From NCBI RefSeq assembly GCF_000195955.2, contig NC_000962.3, forward strand, positions 2,430,001 through 2,462,000: a stretch of 32,000 nt of DNA. Direction: 5' to 3'. The notes under the pieces were generated by a model. That model saw only the letters and a program-made list of their open reading frames with translations, was not told the DNA's origin and did not search any database. Shown piece by piece: positions 21,247-31,503 of the stretch; position 1 is the first letter of the stretch, and each line of letters begins with the position of its first letter. Origin of the DNA: Mycobacterium tuberculosis H37Rv (GTDB taxonomy: Bacteria; Actinomycetota; Actinomycetes; Mycobacteriales; Mycobacteriaceae). The position numbers and the translations under genes were made by a program.

Positions 21247-22080
21247 CTAGCCCATTAGCCACCGCTGCCAGCGCGCGAGCAGGCCAGCGGCGTCAATGCC
21301 GAGGACGTCGTGGGCGGCGGTAGCCAGGTCGAAGTGTCCGACACCACAAGTGGCCAGATAAAGCTCACGCAGCTTGGCGGTACCGTAGGCGGCCGCGACG
21401 AACCGAGCGAACCACCACGCGCGGTCATATGCCAGCGAGCGCTGTGGCCCCGGAGTGTCCAGGTCGGTGTCCGACGGTAACGACAGCGCCACAGACACCG
21501 CATCCGCGGGCGGCGGGGTCTTGGGCCTGGCAACGAAATCGGCCACCCCCTCGGCCAGCCATCGAGGTGCATCCAGGGCCGTGTCGGCCCGGGCCGCATA
21601 GTGAAAAAGCTCGTGGCCCAACACTATTCGTAGCGCCGCTGGGCTCATGTGTGCCGCGCCCGGCGCGAACACAATCCGTTGGCCGACCACCGTGCGACGA
21701 GCAGGATCGACACGGTCGACCACCGTGATCGCGGCGATGTCCGCCCATTGCGACGCCAAACCCCCGCCTGCGGCGGCATGAAACTGCTCGTCGCTACCGG
21801 CGGCAACCACAAAGATGTCGTGCGACCAATCGGTGCCCCAGAATGCCACCACCTCGTCGACCGCGGCGTCGATGCCCGCCGCGATGCGCGACAGCAAGCG
21901 GTCGGTGGCCGCGCCACCAAGGCTGAGCAGCCGCACCGTGCGGTCGTCGGCGACCCGCAGCGCGACAAACCCATCGGCTGGCGCGACCACCTGTGCCGGT
22001 GCTGCAGGTCCATCGCGCACCGGATTACCAGACAGGGCCGCCGCGCCAATCAGCTCCGCAACAAACAGACAGGCCAGCAA
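21247..22080 (-). CDS. Putative exported zinc peptidase-like protein (Rv2189c)
   Basis: HELFH followed by WLAEGVADFV; hydrophobic N-terminus LLACLFVAELIGAAAL. Start uncertain. Confidence 0.75.
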   Translation of the reverse strand: MLACLFVAELIGAAALSGNPVRDGPAAPAQVVAPADGFVALRVADDRTVRLLSLGGAATDRLLSRIAAGIDAAVDEVVAFWGTDWSHDIFVVAAGSDEQFHAAAGGGLASQWADIAAITVVDRVDPARRTVVGQRIVFAPGAAHMSPAALRIVLGHELFHYAARADTALDAPRWLAEGVADFVARPKTPPPADAVSVALSLPSDTDLDTPGPQRSLAYDRAWWFARFVAAAYGTAKLRELYLATCGVGHFDLATAAHDVLGIDAAGLLARWQRWLMG

Positions 22081-22114
22081 GATCCGAGGGCAAAGCCGCC
22101 GCGCGACGAGCCGG

Positions 22115-23272
22115 TCAGTAACGGCGGGCGTCGTAGATCGGCCCCGACGAGTCCATCGGCACCACCCGCACCGGAACACCGTAGGTGGAGGAATGAACCA
22201 TAAGACCATCACCGATGTAGATGCCTGCGTGTGACGCGTCGGAATAGAAGGTCAACACGTCGCCGGGCTGCAGATCCGACAACGCGACCGGCTGACCACC
22301 GTGAGCCAGCGCCTGGCTGGAGTGCGGTAACGCGATACCAGCCTGCTGGAACGCCCACATCACCAAGCCTGAGCAGTCGAACCCGCCGGGCGCGGCACCA
22401 CCCCACGCGTAGGGCGCGCCGACCTGCGTCAACGCCGCTTGGACAACGGCCGTACGGTCGCCGCCAGCGCCGTCGGGCTGCACGAAAGGCAATCCGGGCA
22501 TCCCACCAGGCGGCGGCGCCACGCCAGGCGCCGGGCCGTCGCCAGGCGGCGCACCGGGCGGCAACGCCGCAGGTGGGGCCCCGGGGGCGATCGCAGCAAC
22601 CGCCGGGACCGGTCCTGGATCAGCGAGGGCCGTGCGCTCCTCCGGCGTCAACGCGACGTATTGCGACTTGACGACGGCAATCTGCACCTGCAGCTGGCTC
22701 TGTTTGTGCTGCAGATTCGCTCGTACCGCGGCAGCTTGCTCGGCCGCGGACCTGGCATCGGCCGCCGATTTGGCTGCAGCCTGCTCGGCCTTGACGGCCT
22801 GTTCTCCAGCGGCCTTGAAACGGGCCATCTGCGTGGACATTTGATGCGCCATCACCCGCTGTACCGATAGCCGATCGATCAACAGTTGCGGGGACTCCGC
22901 CGTCAGGATCGCATCCATGCCGTGGGTACGACCACCCATGTAGGTAGCGGCCGCGACCTTGTTCACCGCCGTCTGAAAAGTCGCCAAGCGTGCTCTCGCA
23001 GCATCCAAGGCCGTTCTGTTGTCCGCAAGCTTCTGGTCGGCGGCCCGCTGGGCAGCGAGCTTTTCGTTGAGATCCAGCTGCGCACTGTGCAGCGCCTCGG
23101 TGGTCTGCTCGGCCTGCCGGGATAACTCGTTGAGCTTGGCCAGCGCGTCGTCGGCCGGATCAGCCAGCACATTCGCGGCCAGGACGCCGGAGGAGACGGT
23201 GAAGCTCGCAAAGAAACCTATGGCGGACCGCATGATTACACGCGCGATCAACCACCTCTGGTCGAGCCTCAA
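22115..23272 (-). CDS. Secreted NlpC/P60 peptidoglycan hydrolase with N-terminal coiled coil (Rv2190c)
   Basis: 385 aa from TTG 23272, preceded by AAGGAAG; GGFDCSGLVMWAFQQAGI; Ala/Gln-rich coiled coil. Confidence 0.93.
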   Translation of the reverse strand: MRLDQRWLIARVIMRSAIGFFASFTVSSGVLAANVLADPADDALAKLNELSRQAEQTTEALHSAQLDLNEKLAAQRAADQKLADNRTALDAARARLATFQTAVNKVAAATYMGGRTHGMDAILTAESPQLLIDRLSVQRVMAHQMSTQMARFKAAGEQAVKAEQAAAKSAADARSAAEQAAAVRANLQHKQSQLQVQIAVVKSQYVALTPEERTALADPGPVPAVAAIAPGAPPAALPPGAPPGDGPAPGVAPPPGGMPGLPFVQPDGAGGDRTAVVQAALTQVGAPYAWGGAAPGGFDCSGLVMWAFQQAGIALPHSSQALAHGGQPVALSDLQPGDVLTFYSDASHAGIYIGDGLMVHSSTYGVPVRVVPMDSSGPIYDARRY

Positions 23273-23376
23273 AATTTGCTTCCTTAAACGGGCCATCGAC
23301 GGATGACGTCGAGCTGGTTTAGGTCTCAAACAGGTTACGAAACGATCTCGGAATTGTCCAAAAGGGGAAGTTAAGA

Positions 23377-23399
23377 AAATGGATAGATTTCTACCATTT
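23377..23399. promoter_or_regulatory. Imperfect inverted repeat upstream of Rv2190c
   Basis: AAATGG(A)TAGA-TT-TCTACCATTT in an AT-rich patch about 105 bp upstream of the TTG start. Confidence 0.4.
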
Positions 23400-23457
23400 C
23401 GCTGTGGACGATCGTACTTCTGCTATAGGGCTCCAGGGGCATCGACACGCAACGACC

Positions 23458-23709
23458 TTACGCGACACCGGATCCGCGCTGGCGGCGGACCGGCACCAGG
23501 CGCAACCGAGGGGCCAATCCGACATCGGCGAGCACTTCCAACGCAGCACGCTCGTCATGCGACAGGCTTTCCGGTACCCCGATGAGCACGCTGACCACAC
23601 AGTCGCGGCATCCAGATCCGCGCGCCGCGCAATCGTCACAGTCGATTACCACCGGCGCCCCCGGCCCGGGGGCTGTGCCGCCGCTAGTGTCTGGTCCGCT
23701 GCGTGCCAT
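23458..23709 (-). CDS. Small Cys-rich conserved hypothetical protein
   Basis: ORF 23458..23736; internal ATG 23709 has GAGGAAC 5 nt upstream. VVIDCDDCAARGSGCRDCVVSVLIG resembles a short actinobacterial Cys-rich family. Confidence 0.72.
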   Translation of the reverse strand: MARSGPDTSGGTAPGPGAPVVIDCDDCAARGSGCRDCVVSVLIGVPESLSHDERAALEVLADVGLAPRLRLVPVRRQRGSGVA

Positions 23710-23812
23710 GGGGTCGTTCCTCTCGGCTTGGCTCATGAGGTCGTCCGAACGCTAATCGCGAGCACCGACATCCGTTGCCGCCGCGTGCGCGCTCGGCGTA
23801 GGGAGCGTTTGC

Positions 23813-25756
23813 GTGTCAGTGCAGGGGCCTAACGTCGCGGCCATGGGTGCAACCGGTGGGACTCAGCTGAGTTTCGCCGACCTGGCACACGCCCAGGGGG
23901 CAGCCTGGACCCCAGCCGACGAGATGTCCCTGCGCGAGACCACCTTCGTCGTGGTCGACCTGGAAACCACAGGTGGGCGCACGACGGGTAACGACGCAAC
24001 ACCGCCGGACGCGATCACCGAAATCGGGGCGGTCAAGGTATGCGGCGGCGCGGTGCTCGGTGAATTCGCCACCCTGGTAAACCCGCAACACAGCATTCCG
24101 CCCCAGATCGTGCGGCTCACCGGTATCACTACGGCGATGGTGGGTAATGCCCCGACGATCGACGCCGTCCTGCCGATGTTCTTCGAGTTCGCCGGCGACT
24201 CGGTGCTCGTGGCCCACAACGCTGGGTTCGATATCGGATTCCTGCGCGCCGCCGCGAGGCGGTGCGATATCACCTGGCCCCAACCACAGGTGTTGTGCAC
24301 GATGCGGCTGGCCCGGCGGGTGCTGAGCCGAGACGAAGCCCCTAGCGTGCGTCTGGCCGCGCTAGCGCGGCTGTTCGCCGTCGCCAGCAACCCCACCCAC
24401 CGCGCCCTCGACGACGCTCGCGCCACCGTCGACGTGCTGCACGCACTCATCGAGCGAGTGGGCAACCAGGGCGTGCACACCTATGCCGAGCTGCGCTCGT
24501 ATCTGCCCAACGTGACCCAGGCGCAGCGCTGCAAACGGGTACTGGCGGAAACACTGCCGCACCGGCCGGGGGTGTACCTGTTCCGCGGACCGTCGGGCGA
24601 GGTGCTCTATGTCGGCACCGCGGCGGACTTGCGCCGCCGGGTAAGCCAGTACTTCAACGGCACCGACCGCCGCAAGCGGATGACGGAGATGGTCATGCTG
24701 GCCAGCTCGATCGATCATGTCGAATGCGCGCACCCCCTGGAGGCCGGTGTCCGTGAGCTGCGGATGCTGTCGACGCATGCCCCGCCGTATAACCGCAGGT
24801 CGAAGTTCCCATACCGGTGGTGGTGGGTGGCGCTCACCGATGAAGCATTTCCACGCCTGTCGGTCATCCGGGCCCCGCGACACGACCGCGTCGTCGGCCC
24901 GTTCCGATCCCGCTCCAAGGCCGCCGAGACGGCAGCGCTGCTGGCACGCTGCACGGGACTGCGAACCTGCACCACTCGGCTGACACGTTCCGCCCGGCAC
25001 GGACCCGCCTGCCCCGAGCTGGAAGTGTCGGCCTGCCCGGCCGCCCGCGACGTCACGGCCGCGCAATACGCCGAGGCGGTACTGCGCGCGGCGGCCTTGA
25101 TCGGCGGATTGGACAACGCCGCGCTGGCCGCGGCCGTTCAACAGGTCACTGAGCTCGCCGAGCGCCGTCGCTATGAGAGCGCTGCCCGACTGCGTGACCA
25201 CCTCGCCACCGCCATCGAGGCGTTGTGGCATGGCCAACGATTGCGAGCACTGGCCGCGCTGCCCGAGTTGATCGCCGCCAAGCCGGACGGCCCCAGGGAG
25301 GGCGGCTACCAACTGGCCGTCATTCGCCACGGCCAACTCGCCGCTGCCGGCAGGGCACCGCGCGGGGTTCCTCCGATGCCTGTGGTCGACGCCATCCGCC
25401 GCGGCGCTCAGGCGATCCTGCCTACGCCGGCACCGCTCGGCGGGGCACTGGTGGAGGAGATCGCGCTCATCGCCCGCTGGCTGGCCGAGCCGGGAGTGCG
25501 CATCGTCGGGGTCTCGAACGACGCCGCAGGGTTGGCCTCCCCAGTGCGCTCGGCCGGCCCGTGGGCAGCGTGGGCGGCAACGGCGCGCTCGGCCCAGTTG
25601 GCCGGCGAGCAGCTCAGCAGAGGTTGGCAGTCAGATCTGCCGACCGAACCGCACCCATCGCGCGAGCAACTGTTCGGCCGCACCGGTGTCGATTGCCGCA
25701 CTGGCCCGCCGCAACCCCTCCTCCCAGGCCGGCAGCCATTCAGCACGGCTGGATAA
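23813..25756 (+). CDS. DnaQ-like 3'-5' exonuclease fused to UvrC/Cho-like GIY-YIG nuclease domain (Rv2191)
   Basis: 647 aa; [32 protein letters not shown], then [31 protein letters not shown]. Confidence 0.92.
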
Positions 25757-26743
25757 TCCGGCGTGGGCGACGATCGCACCGGCGGCGTTGAGCACCACAG
25801 CGTCCCGGACCGGGCCCCTGGCACCGCCCAACACCGCGCGCACCGCGGCCGCGTTGGCTTGCGCATCGCCTCCAGCCAGCTGGTCAAGCTGGGCGCGCGC
25901 AAACCCGAATCCGGCGGGATCAAACGTCAACTTATCCACGCTGCCCGCCGCAACGCGCCAGATCGTGCTCGTGGTGGTGGTGGTCAACTCGTCCAGCCCA
26001 TCGTCGCCGTGTACCACCAGCACACTGGACCGGCGCGCAGCAAACACCCCGGCCATCACTTCGGCGAGGTCGGCGAACGCGCATCCGATCAGTCCAGCCC
26101 GGGGCCGGGCCGGATTGGTCAGCGGCCCGAGAAGATTGAACACGGTGGGCACACCGATCTCGCGGCGTACCGCGGCCGCGTGCCGGTAGGAGGGATGGAA
26201 CCGCGGCGCGAAGCAGAACCCGATCCCAACCTCCGCGAGGCTGCGCGCGACCAGGTCGGGTCCCAGGTCGATGCGCACCCCCAGCGCCTCCAGCGTGTCG
26301 GCGCCACCGGACAACGAGGACGCCGCTCGGTTGCCGTGCTTGACCACCGGCACACCCGCAGCCGCCACCACAATCGCCGCCATGGTGGATAGGTTCACCG
26401 TGTTGACTCCGTCGCCACCGGTGCCGACGACGTCGACGGCGTCGTCGGGGACCGTATCGGCGGGCAACGGATGCGCGTGGCTGAGCATGACGCCAGCGAG
26501 CTCACCGACTTCGTCGGCGGTCGGAGCCTTCATCGTCATCGCCACCGCGAAGGCGGCGATCTGCGCCGGCCGCGCATTGCCGGTCATGATCTGGTCCATG
26601 GCCCAGGCAGCCTGGCCCCGCGCCAGATCGCGGTTGTCGGTCAACCGCCCCAAAATCTGCGGCCAGGACGGCACCGATGCGGCTTCTGCTTTCGGCGAGC
26701 CCCCGCGAGATCCCCCCGAAGAACCCTCAGCTGACAGCGCCAC
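25631..26743 (-). CDS. trpD: Anthranilate phosphoribosyltransferase (Rv2192c)
   Basis: 370 aa; [38 protein letters not shown]. Confidence 0.96.
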
Positions 26744-26900
26744 GCGCTGATGGTCCCATGAGGATCAACCAACCCCAACCGCGCCCTGAACACGTCGACG
26801 ACTTGCGCTAACCAAACGGCCGGGCGACACGCGGAACTGACTTACCGAAATTTCCGACCCGGGTAGAGTTCGACAACTACAAAGCGTCATACTTGCGGAT

Positions 26901-27512
26901 GTGACGAGTGCTGTTGGGACCTCGGGTACTGCCATCACATCGCGCGTGCATTCGCTGAATCGGCCCAACATGGTCAGTGTCGGCACCATAGTGTGGCTAT
27001 CCAGTGAATTAATGTTCTTTGCTGGGCTGTTCGCGTTCTATTTCTCGGCACGAGCTCAGGCCGGCGGGAATTGGCCGCCGCCACCGACAGAACTGAATCT
27101 GTACCAGGCCGTCCCGGTCACGCTGGTCCTGATTGCCTCGTCGTTCACCTGCCAGATGGGCGTGTTCGCGGCCGAACGCGGCGACATCTTCGGGCTGCGC
27201 CGCTGGTATGTGATCACATTCCTGATGGGCCTGTTCTTCGTTCTGGGCCAGGCCTACGAGTATCGCAACCTGATGTCGCACGGGACGAGCATCCCCAGCA
27301 GCGCATACGGCAGCGTGTTCTATCTGGCCACCGGATTCCATGGACTGCACGTCACCGGCGGCCTCATCGCCTTCATCTTCCTGCTGGTACGCACTGGGAT
27401 GAGCAAATTTACTCCGGCGCAGGCCACAGCCAGCATCGTCGTCTCTTACTACTGGCATTTCGTCGACATCGTGTGGATCGCGCTATTCACCGTGATCTAT
27501 TTCATCCGATGA
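26901..27512 (+). CDS. ctaE: Cytochrome c oxidase subunit III (Rv2193)
   Basis: 203 aa; [46 protein letters not shown]. Confidence 0.97.
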   Translation: MTSAVGTSGTAITSRVHSLNRPNMVSVGTIVWLSSELMFFAGLFAFYFSARAQAGGNWPPPPTELNLYQAVPVTLVLIASSFTCQMGVFAAERGDIFGLRRWYVITFLMGLFFVLGQAYEYRNLMSHGTSIPSSAYGSVFYLATGFHGLHVTGGLIAFIFLLVRTGMSKFTPAQATASIVVSYYWHFVDIVWIALFTVIYFIR

Positions 27513-27552
27513 GCCGGCGTCCGACGAACATCCCACGAACAGGAGTGCTCGG

Positions 27553-28395
27553 TTGACGAAACTGGGGTTCACCCGATCCGGTGGCAGTAAGAGTGGTCGC
27601 ACGCGACGGCGCCTGCGCCGCCGATTGTCCGGCGGAGTGTTGCTGCTGATAGCGCTGACCATCGCCGGTGGATTGGCAGCTGTGCTGACCCCTACCCCAC
27701 AGGTGGCCGTCGCCGACGAATCCTCCTCGGCGTTGCTGCGCACCGGCAAACAACTTTTCGACACCTCGTGTGTGTCCTGCCATGGCGCCAACCTGCAGGG
27801 CGTGCCCGACCACGGGCCGAGTCTGATCGGGGTCGGCGAGGCCGCCGTCTACTTCCAGGTGTCGACCGGCCGGATGCCGGCCATGCGCGGCGAGGCACAG
27901 GCGCCGCGCAAAGATCCGATCTTCGACGAAGCACAGATCGACGCGATCGGCGCCTACGTGCAAGCCAATGGCGGTGGGCCGACGGTGGTACGTAACCCCG
28001 ATGGCAGCATTGCAACGCAGTCGCTACGTGGCAACGACCTGGGCCGCGGCGGCGACTTGTTCCGGCTCAACTGCGCCTCGTGTCACAACTTCACCGGCAA
28101 GGGCGGAGCATTGTCGTCCGGCAAATACGCACCCGACCTTGCGCCCGCCAATGAACAGCAAATCCTCACCGCGATGCTGACGGGTCCACAGAACATGCCG
28201 AAGTTCTCCAACCGCCAGCTCTCCTTCGAAGCGAAAAAGGACATCATTGCCTACGTGAAGGTCGCCACCGAGGCGCGGCAGCCCGGTGGTTACCTACTCG
28301 GCGGATTCGGACCCGCACCCGAAGGCATGGCCATGTGGATCATCGGAATGGTCGCCGCGATCGGGCTGGCACTGTGGATTGGGGCGCGATCATGA
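27553..28395 (+). CDS. qcrC: Diheme ubiquinol-cytochrome c reductase cytochrome c subunit (Rv2194)
   Basis: 280 aa; two CXXCH motifs (CVSCH, CASCH); C-terminal TM. Confidence 0.97.
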   Translation: MTKLGFTRSGGSKSGRTRRRLRRRLSGGVLLLIALTIAGGLAAVLTPTPQVAVADESSSALLRTGKQLFDTSCVSCHGANLQGVPDHGPSLIGVGEAAVYFQVSTGRMPAMRGEAQAPRKDPIFDEAQIDAIGAYVQANGGGPTVVRNPDGSIATQSLRGNDLGRGGDLFRLNCASCHNFTGKGGALSSGKYAPDLAPANEQQILTAMLTGPQNMPKFSNRQLSFEAKKDIIAYVKVATEARQPGGYLLGGFGPAPEGMAMWIIGMVAAIGLALWIGARS

Positions 28396-29681
28396 GCCGC
28401 GCCGACGACGATGCAGTGGGGGTACCACCCACTTGCGGGGGACGAAGCGATGAGGAGGAGCGGCGCATAGTGCCCGGACCTAACCCGCAAGACGGGGCCA
28501 AAGACGGGGCTAAGGCAACCGCCGTCCCCCGTGAACCGGACGAAGCCGCGCTGGCCGCGATGTCCAACCAGGAGCTGCTCGCATTGGGCGGCAAGCTGGA
28601 TGGTGTCCGGATCGCCTACAAAGAGCCCCGCTGGCCGGTCGAGGGCACCAAAGCCGAGAAGCGCGCCGAGCGTTCAGTGGCGGTGTGGCTTTTGCTAGGT
28701 GGCGTGTTCGGACTGGCGCTGTTGCTGATCTTCCTGTTCTGGCCGTGGGAGTTCAAGGCGGCGGATGGCGAAAGCGACTTCATCTACTCGCTGACTACCC
28801 CGCTCTACGGCCTGACTTTCGGATTGTCCATCCTGTCGATCGCCATCGGCGCCGTGTTGTATCAGAAAAGGTTTATTCCCGAAGAGATTTCAATCCAGGA
28901 ACGTCACGATGGCGCTTCGCGGGAGATCGACCGCAAGACGGTGGTGGCGAACCTGACCGACGCGTTCGAGGGCTCGACGATCCGACGGCGCAAGCTGATC
29001 GGGCTGTCCTTCGGCGTGGGCATGGGTGCGTTCGGGCTAGGCACCTTGGTCGCGTTTGCTGGTGGCCTCATCAAGAACCCCTGGAAGCCGGTTGTCCCCA
29101 CCGCCGAGGGCAAAAAGGCGGTGCTCTGGACGTCGGGTTGGACCCCCCGCTACCAGGGCGAGACGATCTATCTGGCGCGCGCCACCGGCACGGAGGACGG
29201 ACCACCGTTCATCAAAATGCGCCCGGAGGATATGGACGCCGGTGGAATGGAGACCGTTTTTCCCTGGCGGGAGTCCGACGGCGACGGCACCACCGTCGAA
29301 TCACACCATAAGCTGCAGGAAATCGCGATGGGTATCCGTAACCCGGTGATGCTCATCCGGATCAAACCCAGTGACCTGGGCCGCGTGGTCAAGCGCAAGG
29401 GCCAGGAGAGTTTCAACTTCGGCGAATTCTTCGCGTTCACCAAGGTCTGCTCTCATTTGGGTTGCCCGTCATCGCTGTACGAGCAGCAGAGCTACCGAAT
29501 CCTGTGCCCTTGTCACCAGTCGCAGTTCGACGCATTGCATTTCGCTAAGCCGATCTTCGGTCCAGCGGCCCGCGCCTTGGCGCAACTGCCGATCACGATC
29601 GACACGGACGGGTATCTGGTCGCCAACGGTGACTTTGTCGAGCCCGTCGGACCAGCATTCTGGGAGCGAACAACAACATGA
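28392..29681 (+). CDS. qcrA: Rieske iron-sulfur subunit (Rv2195)
   Basis: 429 aa from ATG 28392 (ATGA overlap with the qcrC stop); CSHLGC and CPCHQS. Confidence 0.97.
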   Translation: MSRADDDAVGVPPTCGGRSDEEERRIVPGPNPQDGAKDGAKATAVPREPDEAALAAMSNQELLALGGKLDGVRIAYKEPRWPVEGTKAEKRAERSVAVWLLLGGVFGLALLLIFLFWPWEFKAADGESDFIYSLTTPLYGLTFGLSILSIAIGAVLYQKRFIPEEISIQERHDGASREIDRKTVVANLTDAFEGSTIRRRKLIGLSFGVGMGAFGLGTLVAFAGGLIKNPWKPVVPTAEGKKAVLWTSGWTPRYQGETIYLARATGTEDGPPFIKMRPEDMDAGGMETVFPWRESDGDGTTVESHHKLQEIAMGIRNPVMLIRIKPSDLGRVVKRKGQESFNFGEFFAFTKVCSHLGCPSSLYEQQSYRILCPCHQSQFDALHFAKPIFGPAARALAQLPITIDTDGYLVANGDFVEPVGPAFWERTTT

Positions 29682-31327
29682 GTCCGAAACTGAGTCCGCC
29701 GAACATTGGTGAGGTCCTGGCCCGCCAAGCCGAAGACATCGACACCCGGTATCACCCCTCGGCGGCGCTGCGTCGTCAGCTCAACAAGGTCTTCCCGACC
29801 CACTGGTCGTTCTTGCTCGGCGAGATCGCTCTGTACAGCTTCGTGGTCCTGCTGATCACCGGCGTGTATTTGACGCTGTTTTTCGATCCGTCCATGGTCG
29901 ACGTCACCTACAACGGTGTCTATCAACCGCTGCGGGGCGTCGAGATGTCGCGTGCCTACCAGTCCGCGCTGGACATTTCCTTCGAGGTGCGCGGTGGCCT
30001 GTTCGTGCGCCAGATCCATCACTGGGCCGCTTTGATGTTCGCGGCGGCAATCATGGTGCACCTGGCACGCATCTTTTTCACCGGAGCGTTCCGGCGGCCC
30101 CGCGAGACCAACTGGGTGATCGGTTCGCTGTTGTTGATCCTGGCGATGTTCGAGGGCTATTTCGGCTACTCACTGCCTGACGACCTGCTGTCGGGACTCG
30201 GTCTGCGCGCGGCACTCTCGTCGATCACGCTGGGTATGCCGGTAATCGGGACCTGGCTGCACTGGGCGCTGTTTGGCGGTGACTTCCCCGGCACCATCTT
30301 GATCCCCAGGCTCTACGCCCTGCACATTTTACTGTTGCCGGGGATCATCTTGGCGCTGATCGGGCTGCATCTGGCGTTGGTGTGGTTCCAGAAGCACACC
30401 CAGTTCCCCGGCCCGGGCCGCACCGAGCACAACGTCGTCGGCGTGCGGGTGATGCCGGTGTTCGCGTTCAAGTCCGGCGCATTTTTCGCGGCTATCGTCG
30501 GTGTTCTGGGCCTGATGGGCGGCCTGCTGCAGATCAACCCGATCTGGAATCTGGGGCCCTACAAGCCATCACAGGTGTCGGCGGGCTCGCAGCCAGACTT
30601 CTACATGATGTGGACCGAGGGTCTGGCCCGGATCTGGCCGCCGTGGGAGTTCTACTTCTGGCATCACACCATTCCCGCCCCGGTCTGGGTCGCCGTGATC
30701 ATGGGCCTGGTTTTCGTCCTGCTACCCGCCTACCCATTCCTGGAGAAGCGGTTTACCGGCGACTACGCGCATCACAACCTGTTGCAGCGGCCACGGGACG
30801 TTCCGGTGCGCACCGCGATCGGCGCCATGGCGATCGCCTTCTATATGGTGCTCACTCTCGCGGCGATGAACGACATCATCGCGTTGAAGTTCCATATTTC
30901 GCTGAATGCAACCACGTGGATTGGCCGCATCGGCATGGTGATTCTGCCGCCGTTCGTCTACTTCATCACATATCGGTGGTGTATCGGATTGCAGCGCAGC
31001 GATCGGTCGGTGCTCGAGCACGGCGTCGAGACCGGCATCATCAAGCGGCTGCCCCATGGCGCCTACATCGAGCTGCATCAGCCCCTCGGCCCGGTCGACG
31101 AGCATGGCCACCCGATACCGCTTCAGTATCAGGGAGCGCCGCTGCCCAAGCGAATGAACAAGCTGGGCTCGGCCGGATCGCCGGGTAGTGGCAGTTTTCT
31201 GTTCGCCGACTCCGCGGCAGAGGATGCGGCGCTGCGCGAGGCAGGGCACGCCGCCGAACAACGTGCCCTTGCCGCACTGCGCGAACACCAGGACAGCATC
31301 ATGGGTTCGCCAGACGGCGAGCACTAG
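29678..31327 (+). CDS. qcrB: Cytochrome b subunit (Rv2196)
   Basis: 549 aa; ATGA overlap with qcrA stop; polytopic; [33 protein letters not shown]. Confidence 0.98.
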   Translation: MSPKLSPPNIGEVLARQAEDIDTRYHPSAALRRQLNKVFPTHWSFLLGEIALYSFVVLLITGVYLTLFFDPSMVDVTYNGVYQPLRGVEMSRAYQSALDISFEVRGGLFVRQIHHWAALMFAAAIMVHLARIFFTGAFRRPRETNWVIGSLLLILAMFEGYFGYSLPDDLLSGLGLRAALSSITLGMPVIGTWLHWALFGGDFPGTILIPRLYALHILLLPGIILALIGLHLALVWFQKHTQFPGPGRTEHNVVGVRVMPVFAFKSGAFFAAIVGVLGLMGGLLQINPIWNLGPYKPSQVSAGSQPDFYMMWTEGLARIWPPWEFYFWHHTIPAPVWVAVIMGLVFVLLPAYPFLEKRFTGDYAHHNLLQRPRDVPVRTAIGAMAIAFYMVLTLAAMNDIIALKFHISLNATTWIGRIGMVILPPFVYFITYRWCIGLQRSDRSVLEHGVETGIIKRLPHGAYIELHQPLGPVDEHGHPIPLQYQGAPLPKRMNKLGSAGSPGSGSFLFADSAAEDAALREAGHAAEQRALAALREHQDSIMGSPDGEH

Positions 31328-31498
31328 CCCGGCGACGACCCGGGTCGGCACGACCCGGGAAGGAACCGGGCAAATCAAGCACAGCCCGGCGACGACCCGG
31401 GTCGGCACGACCCGGGAAGGAACCGGGCAAATCAAGCACAGCCCGGCGACGACCCGGGTCGGCACGACCCGGGAAGGAACCGGGCAAATCAAGCACAG
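31328..31498. repeat. 57-bp tandem repeat, 3 exact copies (ETR-B/VNTR2461-like)
   Basis: cccggcgacgacccgggtcggcacgacccgggaaggaaccgggcaaatcaagcacag at 31328-31384, 31385-31441 and 31442-31498, plus partial cccggc. Confidence 0.97.
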
Positions 31499-31503
31499 CC
31501 CGG

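Noticed and set aside
24362-25336. 324-aa minus-strand ORF
   Set aside because: Antisense of Rv2191, which has clear nuclease motifs.
30382-31188. 268-aa plus-strand ORF
   Set aside because: Alternate frame inside qcrB, low-complexity Arg/Pro/Gly-rich translation.
31328-31498. Possible CRISPR array
   Set aside because: Units are contiguous with no spacers and there are no cas genes; it is a minisatellite.
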